From Acidobacteriota bacterium (lineage in GTDB: Bacteria; Acidobacteriota; Vicinamibacteria; Vicinamibacterales; CAVVIG01), in contig JBKPDW010000561.1 in assembly GCA_046728115.1 (NCBI GenBank), positions 1-52,010 on the forward strand: DNA of 52,010 nt, given 5' to 3'. The notes under the pieces were generated by a model. The model was not told where the DNA came from. It saw nothing but the letters and a program-made list of their open reading frames with translations, and did no database searches. Below, one piece after another: positions 10,626 through 21,850 of this stretch (the first letter of the stretch is position 1; each line of letters starts with the position of its first letter). The position numbers were made by a program, and so were the translations under genes.

Positions 10626-12836
10626 GTGATTCGATCGGTGGCTGTTCTGGGTGCGGGCACGATGGGTGCCCAGATCGCCGCGCACGTCGCCAACGCCGGG
10701 TTGCCCGCGCTGCTTCTCGATTTGAGCACCGAGATCGCCCGCGAAGGCTTGAAGCGGGCGCAGGCACTCAAACCGGATCCCTTTTTCACGCCATCTACTC
10801 CGCGCCTGGTCGACATCGGCAACTTCGATTCGGAGCTCGGCCGCCTCGCGGCCGTCGACTGGATCATCGAGGCCGTCATCGAGCAGGTTGACGTCAAGCG
10901 CTCGATCCTCGAACGTGTCGACGCGGTACGCCGGCCCGGGTCGTATGTCAGCACCAATACGTCCGGCATTCGAATCGCGGCGCTGGCTGAAGGGCGAAGC
11001 CCGGACTTCCGGCGCCACTGCCTCGGCACGCACTTCTTCAACCCGCCGCGCTACCTGCACCTCGTGGAAATGATTCCGACACCGGAAACGGATCCCGGAG
11101 TCCTGCACCGTCTCTCGGAGTTCGTGGATCATCGCCTGGGCAAAGGCGTCGTCATCGCGAAAGACACGCCGAACTTCATCGCCAATCACATCGGCGTCTA
11201 CGGCGTGTTGCAGGTCCTCCGTGCGCTCGAAACCGGCGACTACACGATCGAAGAGATCGATGCCATTACGGGACCCGCGATCGGACGACCCAAGAGCGCG
11301 ACGTTCCGCACGATGGACATCGCCGGCATCGACATCCTCGCCCACGTCGCGGCAAACCTCCAGCTCGAGATGCCCCGAATCATCACTGACCTCGTCGATC
11401 GGGGCTGGATCGGCGAGAAAGCGGGTCAGGGATTCTACAGGCGGGTGAAGACCGCGGACGGCACCGAGATCCAGACACTCGACGCCGGGACGATGACCTA
11501 TCGGCCGAGGCAGCCGGCGCGCCTCCCGGCTCTGGACGCCGCACGTGCCATCGAAGATGCCGGCGCCCGCGTCAAGACGCTCTTCGGTGGTCCCGACAAG
11601 GTGGGAGTGTTCCTGCGCGAGACGCTGGGTCCGACGCTCCGCTATACCGCTCGCGTGACGCCGGAGATTGCGTACTCGATAGACGATGTCGATCGCGCGA
11701 TGCGCTGGGGGTTCGGCTGGGAGCGCGGGCCGTTCGAGATCATGGACGTGATCGGTCCGTGCGATGGCCTGAGGGACGTCTTTCCACCTGGCCGCCCGAC
11801 CTTTCGCGACGCGGCCCTTTCGCCCGCCGCGTCCGACCTGCAGATCCTCAAGTCCGCGAGAGAGCGCCAGCGGATCGTTCGCAGCAATCCCGGCGCCAGC
11901 CTCGTCGATCTCGATGATGGCGTGCTGGCCGTGGAATTCCACTCGAAGATGAACGCCATCGGCGGAGACACGGTGGAGATGCTGCACGCGGGCCTGAAGG
12001 AGGCCTCTAAAAACTTCGTGGCGCTGGTCGTCGGCAACGACGCTGTCAATTTCTCGGCAGGCGCGAATCTGATGCTCGTGCTGCTCGAAGCGCAGGAAGG
12101 CAATTGGGACGACATTGATCTGATGATCAGGACCTTTCAGAACAGCACCCAGGCGCTGCGGTTCGCAGACATTCCCGTGATCGTGGCGCCGGCCGGGATG
12201 ACGTTCGGCGGCGGCTGCGAAATTGCCTTGCACGGCGATCGCGTCCAGGCTGCCGCCGAGAGTTACATCGGGTTGGTGGAGGTCGGCGTCGGGCTGATAC
12301 CGGCCGGTGGCGGCACGAAGGAAATGCTGGCGCGAGCGGTGGACGGACAGCCGCCAGGAGTCGACCTGCTGCCGTTGGTCCAGCGCGTGTTCGAAACGAT
12401 TGGCTTCGCGAAGGTGTCCACGAGCGCTGAGGAAGCACGCACGCTCGGCTTCCTCGACAACGCCGATCGCATCACGATGAATCGCGAACGGCTCATCGCC
12501 GACGCGAAGGCCTACGCGCTGGAACGCGTGCGCGAGGGCTTTGCTCGAAAGATCCCGAGAGCGGCGGTTCCTGTTGGAGGAGAGGGCCTGCTGGCGGCGC
12601 TGAAGCTCGGCCTTCATCTCGCCTGGCGGGCCGGCCGCATCAGCGATCACGACGTCGTCGTCGGCCGCGCGCTGGCAAACGTGCTGGCGGGCGGCCCCCT
12701 GCCGCATCAGACGACCGTGGGAGAACAATATCTGCTGGATCTCGAACGTGAAGCGTTTCTCAAGCTGTGCGGCGAGCGCAAGACGCTCGAACGAATTCAG
12801 CACACCTTGAAAACGGGAAAGCCGCTGCGCAATTGA
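10626..12836 (+). CDS. fadN: 3-hydroxyacyl-CoA dehydrogenase / enoyl-CoA hydratase (FadN type)
   Basis: GAGTMG Rossmann motif, HFFNPPRY, FSAGANL and GGGCE crotonase motifs, KPLRN C-terminus. Confidence 0.9.
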   Translation: MIRSVAVLGAGTMGAQIAAHVANAGLPALLLDLSTEIAREGLKRAQALKPDPFFTPSTPRLVDIGNFDSELGRLAAVDWIIEAVIEQVDVKRSILERVDAVRRPGSYVSTNTSGIRIAALAEGRSPDFRRHCLGTHFFNPPRYLHLVEMIPTPETDPGVLHRLSEFVDHRLGKGVVIAKDTPNFIANHIGVYGVLQVLRALETGDYTIEEIDAITGPAIGRPKSATFRTMDIAGIDILAHVAANLQLEMPRIITDLVDRGWIGEKAGQGFYRRVKTADGTEIQTLDAGTMTYRPRQPARLPALDAARAIEDAGARVKTLFGGPDKVGVFLRETLGPTLRYTARVTPEIAYSIDDVDRAMRWGFGWERGPFEIMDVIGPCDGLRDVFPPGRPTFRDAALSPAASDLQILKSARERQRIVRSNPGASLVDLDDGVLAVEFHSKMNAIGGDTVEMLHAGLKEASKNFVALVVGNDAVNFSAGANLMLVLLEAQEGNWDDIDLMIRTFQNSTQALRFADIPVIVAPAGMTFGGGCEIALHGDRVQAAAESYIGLVEVGVGLIPAGGGTKEMLARAVDGQPPGVDLLPLVQRVFETIGFAKVSTSAEEARTLGFLDNADRITMNRERLIADAKAYALERVREGFARKIPRAAVPVGGEGLLAALKLGLHLAWRAGRISDHDVVVGRALANVLAGGPLPHQTTVGEQYLLDLEREAFLKLCGERKTLERIQHTLKTGKPLRN

Positions 12837-13627
12837 ACATCATCGATCGCGGCAACGGTCCGGCGCTCGTGCTGATTCCGGGCATTCAAGGGCGATGGGA
12901 ATATCACCGCCCGGCCATCGAGGCACTCGCTCGGCACTTTCGCGTGGTGACGTTTTCGTTGAGCGGCGAGCGCGGGTCGGGACGCATCTTCGAACGATCT
13001 CGCGGACTCGACAACTACACGGCCCAGATCCTGGCCGCGCTGGACGCTGCGAGCATCGACCAGGCGATCGTTTGCGGTGTATCGTTCGGTGGCATACCGG
13101 CCATTCGATTCGCCGCCGCGCATCCGGCCCGCTGTCGGGCGCTCGTGCTCGTGTCGACGCCCCGACCGGGCCTCCAGCTTCGCCCCAAGCATCGAATCTA
13201 CGTCCGCGTGCCATGGCTGTTCGCGCCGCTGTTCATCGTCGAGACGCCGTTCAGGCTTCGAGAGGAAATCCGCCGGGCGCTGCCCGATCGAACCAGCCGC
13301 GCGGCATTCCGACGCAGGATTACACAGACGTTCTTCAGCGCGCGGCCCTCGTTCTCGCTCATGGCGGAACGCGGCCGCATGATCGTCACCAACGATCCAT
13401 CGCTGGACTGTGCGCGGATCACGGCGCCGACGCTCGTCGTTACCGGGGAAGTGGGGCTGGATCATGTGGTGCCGGTCGAGGGCTCGTCGGAGTACACCCG
13501 ACTTATCCGGGGCGCCCGCTCGGTGGTGTTGGAACACACGGGACACGTCGGCAGCAATACACGGCCCGATGCCTTCGCCGATCTGATTCGCAGCTTCGTG
13601 GACGATCTGCGTGATGCCGCTGCGTGA
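12833..13627 (+). CDS. Alpha/beta fold hydrolase
   Basis: GVSFGG nucleophile elbow, D-H (GH) triad region; TTG start overlapping fadN stop. Confidence 0.8.
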   Translation: MNIIDRGNGPALVLIPGIQGRWEYHRPAIEALARHFRVVTFSLSGERGSGRIFERSRGLDNYTAQILAALDAASIDQAIVCGVSFGGIPAIRFAAAHPARCRALVLVSTPRPGLQLRPKHRIYVRVPWLFAPLFIVETPFRLREEIRRALPDRTSRAAFRRRITQTFFSARPSFSLMAERGRMIVTNDPSLDCARITAPTLVVTGEVGLDHVVPVEGSSEYTRLIRGARSVVLEHTGHVGSNTRPDAFADLIRSFVDDLRDAAA

Positions 13628-14285
13628 AATCAACGGGCCGGCGGGCCGGCTGGAAGCGCTGCTCGAAGAGCCTGCGTCGGAACGCAGCGTGGGTGACGAT
13701 GGCATTCTGAAAACGGGGGACGCCGGTCGCGTGCGCGCGGCGGTCGTCCTGGCGCACCCGCATACGGAGTACGGCGGCACGATGCACACGAAGGTGGTGT
13801 ATCAGTCGGCGAAGGCGTTGAGTCGCATCGGCTGTGCTGTCCTGCGGTTCAACTTTCGCGGCGCCGGCGCGAGCACGGGCGTGTTCGCGAACGGCAAAGG
13901 CGAAATGGACGACTTTCGCGCCGCGCTCGACGTGATGTCGGGTCGGTATCCGGAGACACCGATGTGGGCGGCGGGGATGTCGTTTGGTTCGTGGGTGGCG
14001 GCCACGGTTGGCGTCGAGGATCCACGCGTCACCACCCTTCTGGCGATCTCGATCCCTATCGGCCATTACGATTTCGAACCGGTCGCGAAAAGCCCGAAGG
14101 CGAAATTCTTCATCCATGGGGAACGCGATGAAATCTGCGCGTTGAAGGACGTTCGCGAGTTCTACGCGCGCGCCATGGAGCCGAAGGAGTTGGTCGTGAT
14201 TGACGCCGCCGATCACCTGTTCGACGGGAAGGTCGGCGAGGTCGCGGACGCAATCGAGGACTTGTTAGGGGATTGGTCGCAATGA
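13614..14285 (+). CDS. Alpha/beta hydrolase (small HPH/GGTM family)
   Basis: [33 protein letters not shown]. Confidence 0.85.
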   Translation: MPLREINGPAGRLEALLEEPASERSVGDDGILKTGDAGRVRAAVVLAHPHTEYGGTMHTKVVYQSAKALSRIGCAVLRFNFRGAGASTGVFANGKGEMDDFRAALDVMSGRYPETPMWAAGMSFGSWVAATVGVEDPRVTTLLAISIPIGHYDFEPVAKSPKAKFFIHGERDEICALKDVREFYARAMEPKELVVIDAADHLFDGKVGEVADAIEDLLGDWSQ

Positions 14286-15499
14286 ATGATGCAGTGATCG
14301 TTGCCGCAACTCGTACGGCTGTCGGCAAAGCGCCGAACGGCACGCTTCGGGGCACCAGGCCCGACGAGCTTGGAGCCCTTGTCATCGCCGCAGCGATGCG
14401 CCGTGCACCAGGCGTCGCGTCTGGTGATATCGACGATGTGATTCTGGGCTGTGCGATGCCCGAAGCGGAGCAAGGCATGAACGTGGCGCGCATCGCGAGT
14501 TTGCGCGCGGGCATTCCGGTGAGTGCCTCCGCCGTCACCGTCAACCGCTTCTGCTCGTCTGGACTTCAGGCGATCGCGTATGCCGCGGAGCGGATCATGT
14601 GCGGCGCCGCGTCGGTGATCGTCGCCGGCGGCACCGAGTCGATGAGCCTGATCCCGATGGGCGGTCACAAGGTGGCGCCGAACCCGACGCTGATGGATCG
14701 ATATCCGGACGTCTACCTGAGCACCGGACTGGTTGCCGAGAACCACGCGCGCGAGTCAGGTATCTCGCGTGACGAGCAGGACGCGTTCGCCCTGCGAAGT
14801 CATCAGCGCGCCGTCGCAGCGATCGATGCTGGTCGCTTCGCGGAAGAAATTGCTCCGGTGATGGCGACGGTTATCGACGGTGGTAATGGCGTCAGACCTC
14901 CTTCAAGCAGTCAAAATTCCAAAACGGAGCCCGCCGCGAACCTCAAACAGGTGACCTTTGCCGTCGACGAGGGACCGCGCCGCGACACGTCGCTGGACGC
15001 ACTGGGGAAGCTGCGACCCGCGTTTCACCTGAAAGGATCTGTGACGGCGGGCAATTCTTCGCAGATGAGCGATGGCGCCTCGGCAGTCATCGTCACGTCG
15101 GCTGAGTACGCTCGTGAACGGGGGCTGACCCCAATGGCCCGGTTCGTGACGTTCGCCACGGCGGGAGTCGAGCCGGAACGTTTCGGCATTGGACCGGTGC
15201 CCGCCATGCAAAAGGCGCTGAAGCGGACCGGACTGAACCTGGATGACATCGATCTCATCGAGTTGAACGAGGCATTCGCCGCGCAGGTCCTCGCATGCCT
15301 CCGGGTCCTGCCGATCGATCCCGAACGGCTGAACGTCAACGGCGGCGCTATCGCGCTGGGCCATCCCCTTGGATGCACCGGGGCGAAGCTCACGACTTCC
15401 CTTCTGCATGAAATGCGGCGACGAAACACACGCTACGGGATGGTGACAATGTGTGTAGGCGGGGGAATGGGCGCCGCCGGAATTTTTGAGAGAATCTGA
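14282..15499 (+). CDS. fadA: Acetyl-CoA C-acyltransferase (thiolase)
   Basis: NRFCSSG, NEAF, GHPLG, CVGGG motifs. Confidence 0.95.
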   Translation: MNDAVIVAATRTAVGKAPNGTLRGTRPDELGALVIAAAMRRAPGVASGDIDDVILGCAMPEAEQGMNVARIASLRAGIPVSASAVTVNRFCSSGLQAIAYAAERIMCGAASVIVAGGTESMSLIPMGGHKVAPNPTLMDRYPDVYLSTGLVAENHARESGISRDEQDAFALRSHQRAVAAIDAGRFAEEIAPVMATVIDGGNGVRPPSSSQNSKTEPAANLKQVTFAVDEGPRRDTSLDALGKLRPAFHLKGSVTAGNSSQMSDGASAVIVTSAEYARERGLTPMARFVTFATAGVEPERFGIGPVPAMQKALKRTGLNLDDIDLIELNEAFAAQVLACLRVLPIDPERLNVNGGAIALGHPLGCTGAKLTTSLLHEMRRRNTRYGMVTMCVGGGMGAAGIFERI

Positions 15500-15501
15500 T
15501 C

Positions 15502-17283
15502 ATGCTGACCACAAGCGAACCGGCCGTCCTTCGCGGCGGCGAATGGCTTTTGCAGCCGACAGATGCATCGTCGGTCTTCACGCCCGAGAGAATGACCGAC
15601 GAGCACCGGCTGATTGGACGAACGGCGCTGCAGTTCGTCGAGAAGGAAGTTTTGCCCAGACTCGACGAGCTCGAGCAGAAGAACTGGACGCTGGCACGCG
15701 ATCTCGTGAAGCGCTGCGGCGATCTCGGGCTGCTCGGCGTGGACGTACCGGAGGCCTACGGCGGCGTGGGGCTCGACAAGGTGAGCTCGCTTGTCGTCAG
15801 CGAGCGCATGTCGCGCTCGGCGTCGTTTGGCGCCACGTGGGGTGCCTCGGCCAACCTGACGGTGATTCCGATCTTCCTGTTTGGCACCGAGGCGCAGAAG
15901 CAGAAGTACCTCCCGAAACTCCTCGCCGGCGAGATCATCGGCGCCTACGGGCTGAGCGAAACGGGATCCGGATCGGATGCGTTGGGCGCTCGCACACGCG
16001 CAACACGACAGCCGGACGGCACCTTCGTGCTGAACGGTGAAAAGATGTGGATCACCAACGGCGGGTTTGCGGATCTGTTCGTGGTGTTCGCCAAACTCGA
16101 CGGCGAGCAGTTCACCGCCTTCCTCGTCGAGCGTGGCTTCGGCGTCAAGAGCGGCAAGGAAGAGCACAAGATGGGCCTCCACGGCTCGTCGACGACCGCG
16201 CTGGTGTTCCAGGACGTGCACGTGCCGGCCGAGAACGTCCTGGGAGAAATCGGGAAGGGTCACAAAGTCGCCTTCAACGTCCTGAACTTCGCGCGCTTCA
16301 AGCTCGGGGCCGCATGCAGCGGCGGGGCGTACGGCGCGGTTGCCGAAGCGGCCAAATATGCCGCGAGCAGACGCCAATTCGGACAGGCAATCGCTTCCTT
16401 CGGCGCGATCAAGCACAAAATCGGCGAGATGGTCAGCCGGACGTTCGTGATCGAAAGCCTGCTGTACCGCACGGCCGGCCTCGTGGATGCGCGCATCGCG
16501 GCCACCCCGCACGCCGCCACTGATGGATCGGCGGCGCTGTCGGCCTTCGAGGAATACGCAATCGAGGCGTCAATCGCCAAAGTCGCCGGCAGCGAGGCGC
16601 TCAACTATGTGCTCGACGAGAACATCCAGATCCACGGCGGCAACGGCTACGTGCGCGACTACCCGGCGGAACGTCATTTCCGCGATGCGCGCGTGAACCG
16701 CATCTTCGAAGGCACGAACGAAATCAACCGACTGTTGATTCCGGGGATGCTGGCGCGGCGGGCCCTGAAAGGCGACCTTGGTCTGATCCCGGCAGCGAAG
16801 GCACTGCAGGAAGAATTGCTCGGATCGCCGTCGATTCCCCCAGCCGACGACGCCGCCCTGGCAGGCGAGCGTCGCGCTGTTGATGCCTTCAAGAAGACCG
16901 CGCTGATGATGCTCGGTCTGGCAATGCAAACCTACGGGCAGAAGCTGTCAGACGAGCAGGAAGTGCTCACGCACATCGCGGACATCGTCATCGACACGTA
17001 CAGCGCAGAGAGCGCAGTGCTGCGTGCCGAAGCCGCGTTCAACTCTCACGCCTCCAACGCCTCGTTCCAGGCGGACGTGGCGCGCGTGTTCGTCAACGAC
17101 GCCGCGATGCGCATCGAAGCGGCGGCGAAACAGGCGCTGGCCGCCATGACCGAAGGCGACACGCTTCGCACGATGCTCGCGGGCCTGCGACGGCTTCTCA
17201 AGGTCACGCCCATCAACACTGTTGCACCGCGACGGCGGCTGGCGGATGAGACGGTTGCGCGAGGCGCATATCCGTTCGCTTAG
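15502..17283 (+). CDS. fadE: Acyl-CoA dehydrogenase (long FadE type)
   Basis: LSETGSGSD, GEKMWITN, HGGNGY, IFEGTNEI. Confidence 0.93.
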   Translation: MLTTSEPAVLRGGEWLLQPTDASSVFTPERMTDEHRLIGRTALQFVEKEVLPRLDELEQKNWTLARDLVKRCGDLGLLGVDVPEAYGGVGLDKVSSLVVSERMSRSASFGATWGASANLTVIPIFLFGTEAQKQKYLPKLLAGEIIGAYGLSETGSGSDALGARTRATRQPDGTFVLNGEKMWITNGGFADLFVVFAKLDGEQFTAFLVERGFGVKSGKEEHKMGLHGSSTTALVFQDVHVPAENVLGEIGKGHKVAFNVLNFARFKLGAACSGGAYGAVAEAAKYAASRRQFGQAIASFGAIKHKIGEMVSRTFVIESLLYRTAGLVDARIAATPHAATDGSAALSAFEEYAIEASIAKVAGSEALNYVLDENIQIHGGNGYVRDYPAERHFRDARVNRIFEGTNEINRLLIPGMLARRALKGDLGLIPAAKALQEELLGSPSIPPADDAALAGERRAVDAFKKTALMMLGLAMQTYGQKLSDEQEVLTHIADIVIDTYSAESAVLRAEAAFNSHASNASFQADVARVFVNDAAMRIEAAAKQALAAMTEGDTLRTMLAGLRRLLKVTPINTVAPRRRLADETVARGAYPFA

Positions 17284-17315
17284 CTGGGCAGCGGGCAATT
17301 TCGATTCGAACACCC

Positions 17316-17981
17316 ATGATCAGCCACGAGAACACGAAGACACGAAACACAAGACGTCCTCTCGTGCTTTCGTGGTTTCGTAGCCTTTGTGGAATCGTCG
17401 TTCTGGCGACCGTCGTCGGAGCGTGCTCGAATGTCCCTCCAGAAGAGAAAGACTACGCGGCGAAGATCTCGGCCGACCGCGCGGCCAAGGATGCCGCCTT
17501 TGCCGCCAGCGACGATCCGGTCCCGCGTGCGAATCACACGGTGTTCCTGCCGCTGGCGTACTTTCCGATCGATCCGGACTACAACGTGCCGGCCGCGCTG
17601 AAAGCGTCGAACGACGAGACCGTCATCGAGATGCCGACGTCAACCGGCGGCGCCGACAAGTTTCGACGGGCGGGTACGCTGGAATTTGCGCTGAAGGGAC
17701 ACTCCCTGCAGCTGACCGCGTTCGTCCCAGCGGCCTCGAAGTCGGTCGATCGGCTGTTCGTGCCGTTCACCGATATGACGACCGGGACCGAAACCTATTC
17801 GGCCGGCCGCTATCTGGACCTCGATCGCACCGCGACCGGCATCTACGAGATCGACTTCAACCGCGCGTATATTCCCTACTGCTATTACAACCCCACCTAC
17901 GAGTGTCCGTTTCCCCCGCGTGAAAATCGCTTGCAGCTTCCCGTACGGGCCGGGGAACGGATGAAGAAACGAGAGAATTGA
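17316..17981 (+). CDS. DUF1684 family lipoprotein
   Basis: Lipobox VGAC; LFVPFTD-T-G-ETY-AGRYLD, DFNRAY-PYC-Y...CP-PP-EN-L...AGE. Confidence 0.85.
   Translation: MISHENTKTRNTRRPLVLSWFRSLCGIVVLATVVGACSNVPPEEKDYAAKISADRAAKDAAFAASDDPVPRANHTVFLPLAYFPIDPDYNVPAALKASNDETVIEMPTSTGGADKFRRAGTLEFALKGHSLQLTAFVPAASKSVDRLFVPFTDMTTGTETYSAGRYLDLDRTATGIYEIDFNRAYIPYCYYNPTYECPFPPRENRLQLPVRAGERMKKREN
17323..17384. repeat. Octamer (CACGAA-core) tandem / inverted repeat inside the 5' end of a CDS
   Basis: GCCACGAG AACACGAA GACACGAA ... CTCGTGCT TTCGTGGT TTCGTAGC. Confidence 0.75.
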
Positions 17982-18682
17982 CTCTGCGCGCGGTAGTCTT
18001 CGATTTCGACGGCGTCATCGCCAATAGCGAGCCGCTGCACTTACGAGCCTATCAGGACGTTCTTGCCGACGCCGGCATCACGCTTACAGAACGTGATTAC
18101 TACGATCGCTACCTGGGTTTCGACGATGTCGGGGTGTTTCGGACGATCGGCACCGAGCGCGGCGCTCGATGGGATGCAGCGGCGATCGACGCGCTGATTC
18201 TGCGCAAAGCCGCCCGGCTCGAGGTCCTCGAGCAGAATGTCTCGATTCTCTTCCCAGGCGCCGCGGCCACTGTTCGGCGCGCTGCTGCCGCGGTTCCTCT
18301 GGCGATCGCGTCGGGCGCGCTCGGTCACGAGATTCGACGCGTCCTGGATCGCGAAAACTTGACGCCGTGCTTCGTCGCAATTATCTCTGCTGAGGACACA
18401 ACGTCCAGCAAGCCTGCGCCGGACCCGTACCAACTGGCCGTCGCGAAACTCGGCGAGTCGTTAGGGCAACCGCTGGCGCCCGATGAGTGTGTAGCCATCG
18501 AAGATTCCGTCTGGGGTCTGGAATCGGCGCGCGCTGCCGGGTTGCGGACGGTCGCGGTAACAAGTACCTATAGCTCGGACACGCTCAAAAGCGCAGATCT
18601 CATCGTTTCCTCCCTGTCGGATCTCGACCTCGACCTCCTTGCACAACTCTGCCGTGCCCAAGGGTCGGCCGGTCGAATTTGA
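17978..18682 (+). CDS. HAD family phosphatase
   Basis: FDFDGV motif I, KPAPD, EDS motif IV. Confidence 0.9.
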   Translation: MTLRAVVFDFDGVIANSEPLHLRAYQDVLADAGITLTERDYYDRYLGFDDVGVFRTIGTERGARWDAAAIDALILRKAARLEVLEQNVSILFPGAAATVRRAAAAVPLAIASGALGHEIRRVLDRENLTPCFVAIISAEDTTSSKPAPDPYQLAVAKLGESLGQPLAPDECVAIEDSVWGLESARAAGLRTVAVTSTYSSDTLKSADLIVSSLSDLDLDLLAQLCRAQGSAGRI

Positions 18683-18859
18683 ACACTTATTCAACAACTT
18701 GGATTTTGGTCTCTGCTGACGATCTTTTACCGCCAATCCCCGTCCTGACTGCACGAAGTGCCAGTGATACTGGCCGGTAACGGACACCGACCTCTCTGGG
18801 GACAGCGTTCGTTTTCGGAGTTGTTTGTGACGCGTTTTAGGGGATTCGGAGGAGGCACG

Positions 18860-21776
18860 ATGAGAGGTAGATGGTTCGCGTTCGCTGCGTTGATCCTGGG
18901 TCTTGCTGGGGCGACCGCGAATGCACAGATCACGGGCGGCAACATTACAGGCGTAATCAGCGACGAGCAAGGTGGCGTATTGCCTGGGGTTCTAATCACC
19001 GTCCAGGGCACTGATGCCACGTTGACGTTTACCACCGACACCACCGGCGAGTTCCGATTTCTGAACGTCGCACCTGGCACTTACAAGGTAACCGTTGCTC
19101 TGCCGGGCTTCACCACCGTCGTCCGCGACAACGTGGTTGTGGCCGTCGGGCGGAACGTCGAGCTTCCGATGACGCTAAAGATCGCGTCCGTCGCCGAAAC
19201 AGTGACTGTCACCGGGGCTTCGCCGATTGTCGATACGAAGGCCACGGGCACATCGACCAACTTCACGGCGGACGAGCTGACGAAGATTCCGACCTCGCGG
19301 GATCCGTTCGCGCTCGTGCGAGGCGTTCCAGGTGTGCTCGTCGACCGGGTCAATATCGGCGGCAACGAGACAGGACAGCAGTCCAATTTTGCGAGCAAAG
19401 GCACCCGACCGCAGGACGCAGTCTGGACGATGGATGGCGTGAACATCACGGACATGGGCGCGACGGGCGCGTCACCGACGTATTTCAACTTCGATAATTT
19501 CGAAGAGATTCACGTCTCTACTGCCGGTCAGGACATCAAGCAACCGACGGGCGGGATGGGGTTGAACCTGATCGTGAAGCGCGGCACCAACAAGTTCCAC
19601 GGTGGGTTCCGAGGGTATTTCGACAACGAATCGATGGAATCCGACAACGTGCCGGACGAGCTTCGAGCGACAGGCACGACACACGCCACGTCGGATCACA
19701 ACAAACAGATCTCCGACTACGGTTACGACATCGGCGGTCCCATCTGGAGGGATCATGCCTGGTTCTATCATTCGTATTCAGTGCAGGACGTCCGGCTCGT
19801 CCGTCGCGCCGGGGCGCTCGTCGACAGGACGCAGCTCAAGAATCCCGATATGAAGCTGAACTGGCAGGCGACCCAGAAAGACATGGTCAGCTTTCTGTAC
19901 TTCGACGGGTTCAAGATCAAGGACGGCCGCAGCCCAGGGATCTCCGGCATTCTGTTCGACGCGCCTACCGCCACCTATCATCAGGACAACGCGTACACGG
20001 ACTTCCCGCTTCACGGACTTTGGAAGGTTGCCGACGATCGGATGTTCACGTCGAACATGTTCGTGTCGGGCAAATATGCGTACTACAACACGGGCTTCAT
20101 CCTCGATCCGATTGGCGGACTGGATCAACAGGCAGGGCGAAGCTTCACGTTGGCGCAGTCGTTTGGGTCGGTGAACCAGAGCTACAACGCACGTCCGCAG
20201 CAGGTCGTCAACATCGATTCCAACTCGTTCTTGAACCTATTGGGCGGGTCGCACGACTTCAAGTACGGCTTCGGCTTCCGAACGACCGATGTCCGTCGCC
20301 GGCACGCTATGGCCGGGCAACATGATCCTCGGAATCGAGAACTCGCCAACGGACTTTCGCGCCCAGGTCTTCCGTCAGGGCTTCGGCGGTAACCGAGCGA
20401 ATTACCTGGACTTCTACGTCGGCGACACGATCGCTCACAACCAGTTTACGCTCGACCTCGGCGTGCGGTTCGACCGCCAGTGGGGGAAGGCGCTGCCGAG
20501 TCAAACGCAGTCGAACAAGGCGTTCCCGAACCTGGTGCCCGGCATCGTCTTCGCCGGTTATGACTCGCCGTTCACCTGGAACAACTTCTCGCCGCGTGTA
20601 GGAGTCACGTACGCCTTGGATGCCGCGCGGAAGACAGTGGCGCGTGCGAGCCTCACCCGGTACGCCGGTCAGCTCAACACCGGGTCGATTGGATTCACGA
20701 ACCCGAGTTCGACCGCGGGATCAGCAACCTATCGCTGGATTGACAAAAACGGCGATCACCTCGCGCAGACCGACGAGGTGCAACTCGATCAATTCATCAC
20801 CGCCGGCGGCGGGTTCAATCCGGCGGCCCCCACGTCGGTCACCTCGGCCAACCAGATCGATCCGAACCTCAAGGCGCCTGTTACGTCGGGCATCGTCGTT
20901 GGTGTCGATCGCGAGCTGATGGCGAACCTCGCGGTGCAAGTGAACTACAGCTACACGCGCACCTCCGACCTGTTCGGAAACTTCTCGGGCGCCATTACGC
21001 CGCGTGTCGGGGTCGTCCCGGGTCCGAACGGCGACTACGCGCCGGGCACGCCGCTGACCGGCACCCTCCCGGACGGCACGCCGTACAGCATTCCGACGTT
21101 CATTCCGAATGCCGCGAAGGTGGCGGCCGGCGGCAATGGCTTCCTGCTGACCCAGGTGCCCGGCTATTTCAGCTCCTACAACGGAATCGAGCTCGGCGTC
21201 ATCAAGCGCCTGTCGAACAAGTGGATGGCCCGCGTCGGGTTCGCCTTCAACAACGCGACGGAGCATTTCGACGACCCGAACGGGATGTACGACACCAATG
21301 GAAATCCGACCCGTACGCTGACGGAACAGCTGATCAACGGCGGGCAGTTCGCCCCACAGAGTGGCGGTAGCGGCGCGGGCTCGATCTACATCAATGGAAA
21401 GTGGACGATCAACGCCAACGCGATGTATCAGGCGCCCTATGGCATCGAAGTGAGCGGCAACGTCTTCGGCCGTCAGGGCTACCCGTACCCTCTGTTCCGG
21501 CAGGTGTCGCTCGGAAGCGACAGCGGCCTGTCGGTTCCGGTGGTGCCGGAGGTCGATACGTTCCGGTACGCGAACCTGTGGAACACGGACCTTCGAGCAG
21601 CGCGCCAGTTCAAGACCGACAAGGTCAACCTGCGGGCGATCCTTGACGTCTTCAATGCGTTCAACGCGAATACGGTACTGGTCCGGAACAACAACATTCT
21701 GTCTACGAGCTTCAATGCGATCGCACAGAACTTGAGCCCGAGGATCTTCCGCGTCGGTGTAGTCGTCGGCTTCTAG
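18860..21776 (+). pseudogene. TonB-dependent receptor (Oar-like, carboxypeptidase-regulatory N-domain), interrupted by one frameshift near 20290
   Basis: GGAGG then MRGRWFAF signal peptide; plug motifs in first ORF, barrel strands and terminal Phe in second ORF 20289-21776; removing one base near 20291 joins the frames. Confidence 0.8.
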
Positions 21777-21797
21777 GGGACTCCGGCGCGTACACGT

Positions 21798-21834
21798 AAG
21801 GCGGGACCGACCGGGTCCCGCCCTTCTTTTTTTT
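21798..21834 (+). terminator. Intrinsic terminator after the TonB-dependent receptor
   Basis: GGCGGGACC/GACCG/GGTCCCGCC followed by CTTCTTTTTTTT. Confidence 0.9.
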
Positions 21835-21850
21835 GCGGTACTATCTACAC

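Noticed and set aside
10245-12803. 852-aa antisense ORF and other long antisense ORFs (e.g. 26391-28007, 45931-47199)
   Set aside because: Typical GC-rich shadow ORFs opposite well-supported genes
20280-20300. Programmed frameshift or phase variation in the TonB-dependent receptor
   Set aside because: No slippery heptamer, homopolymer or tandem tract at the site
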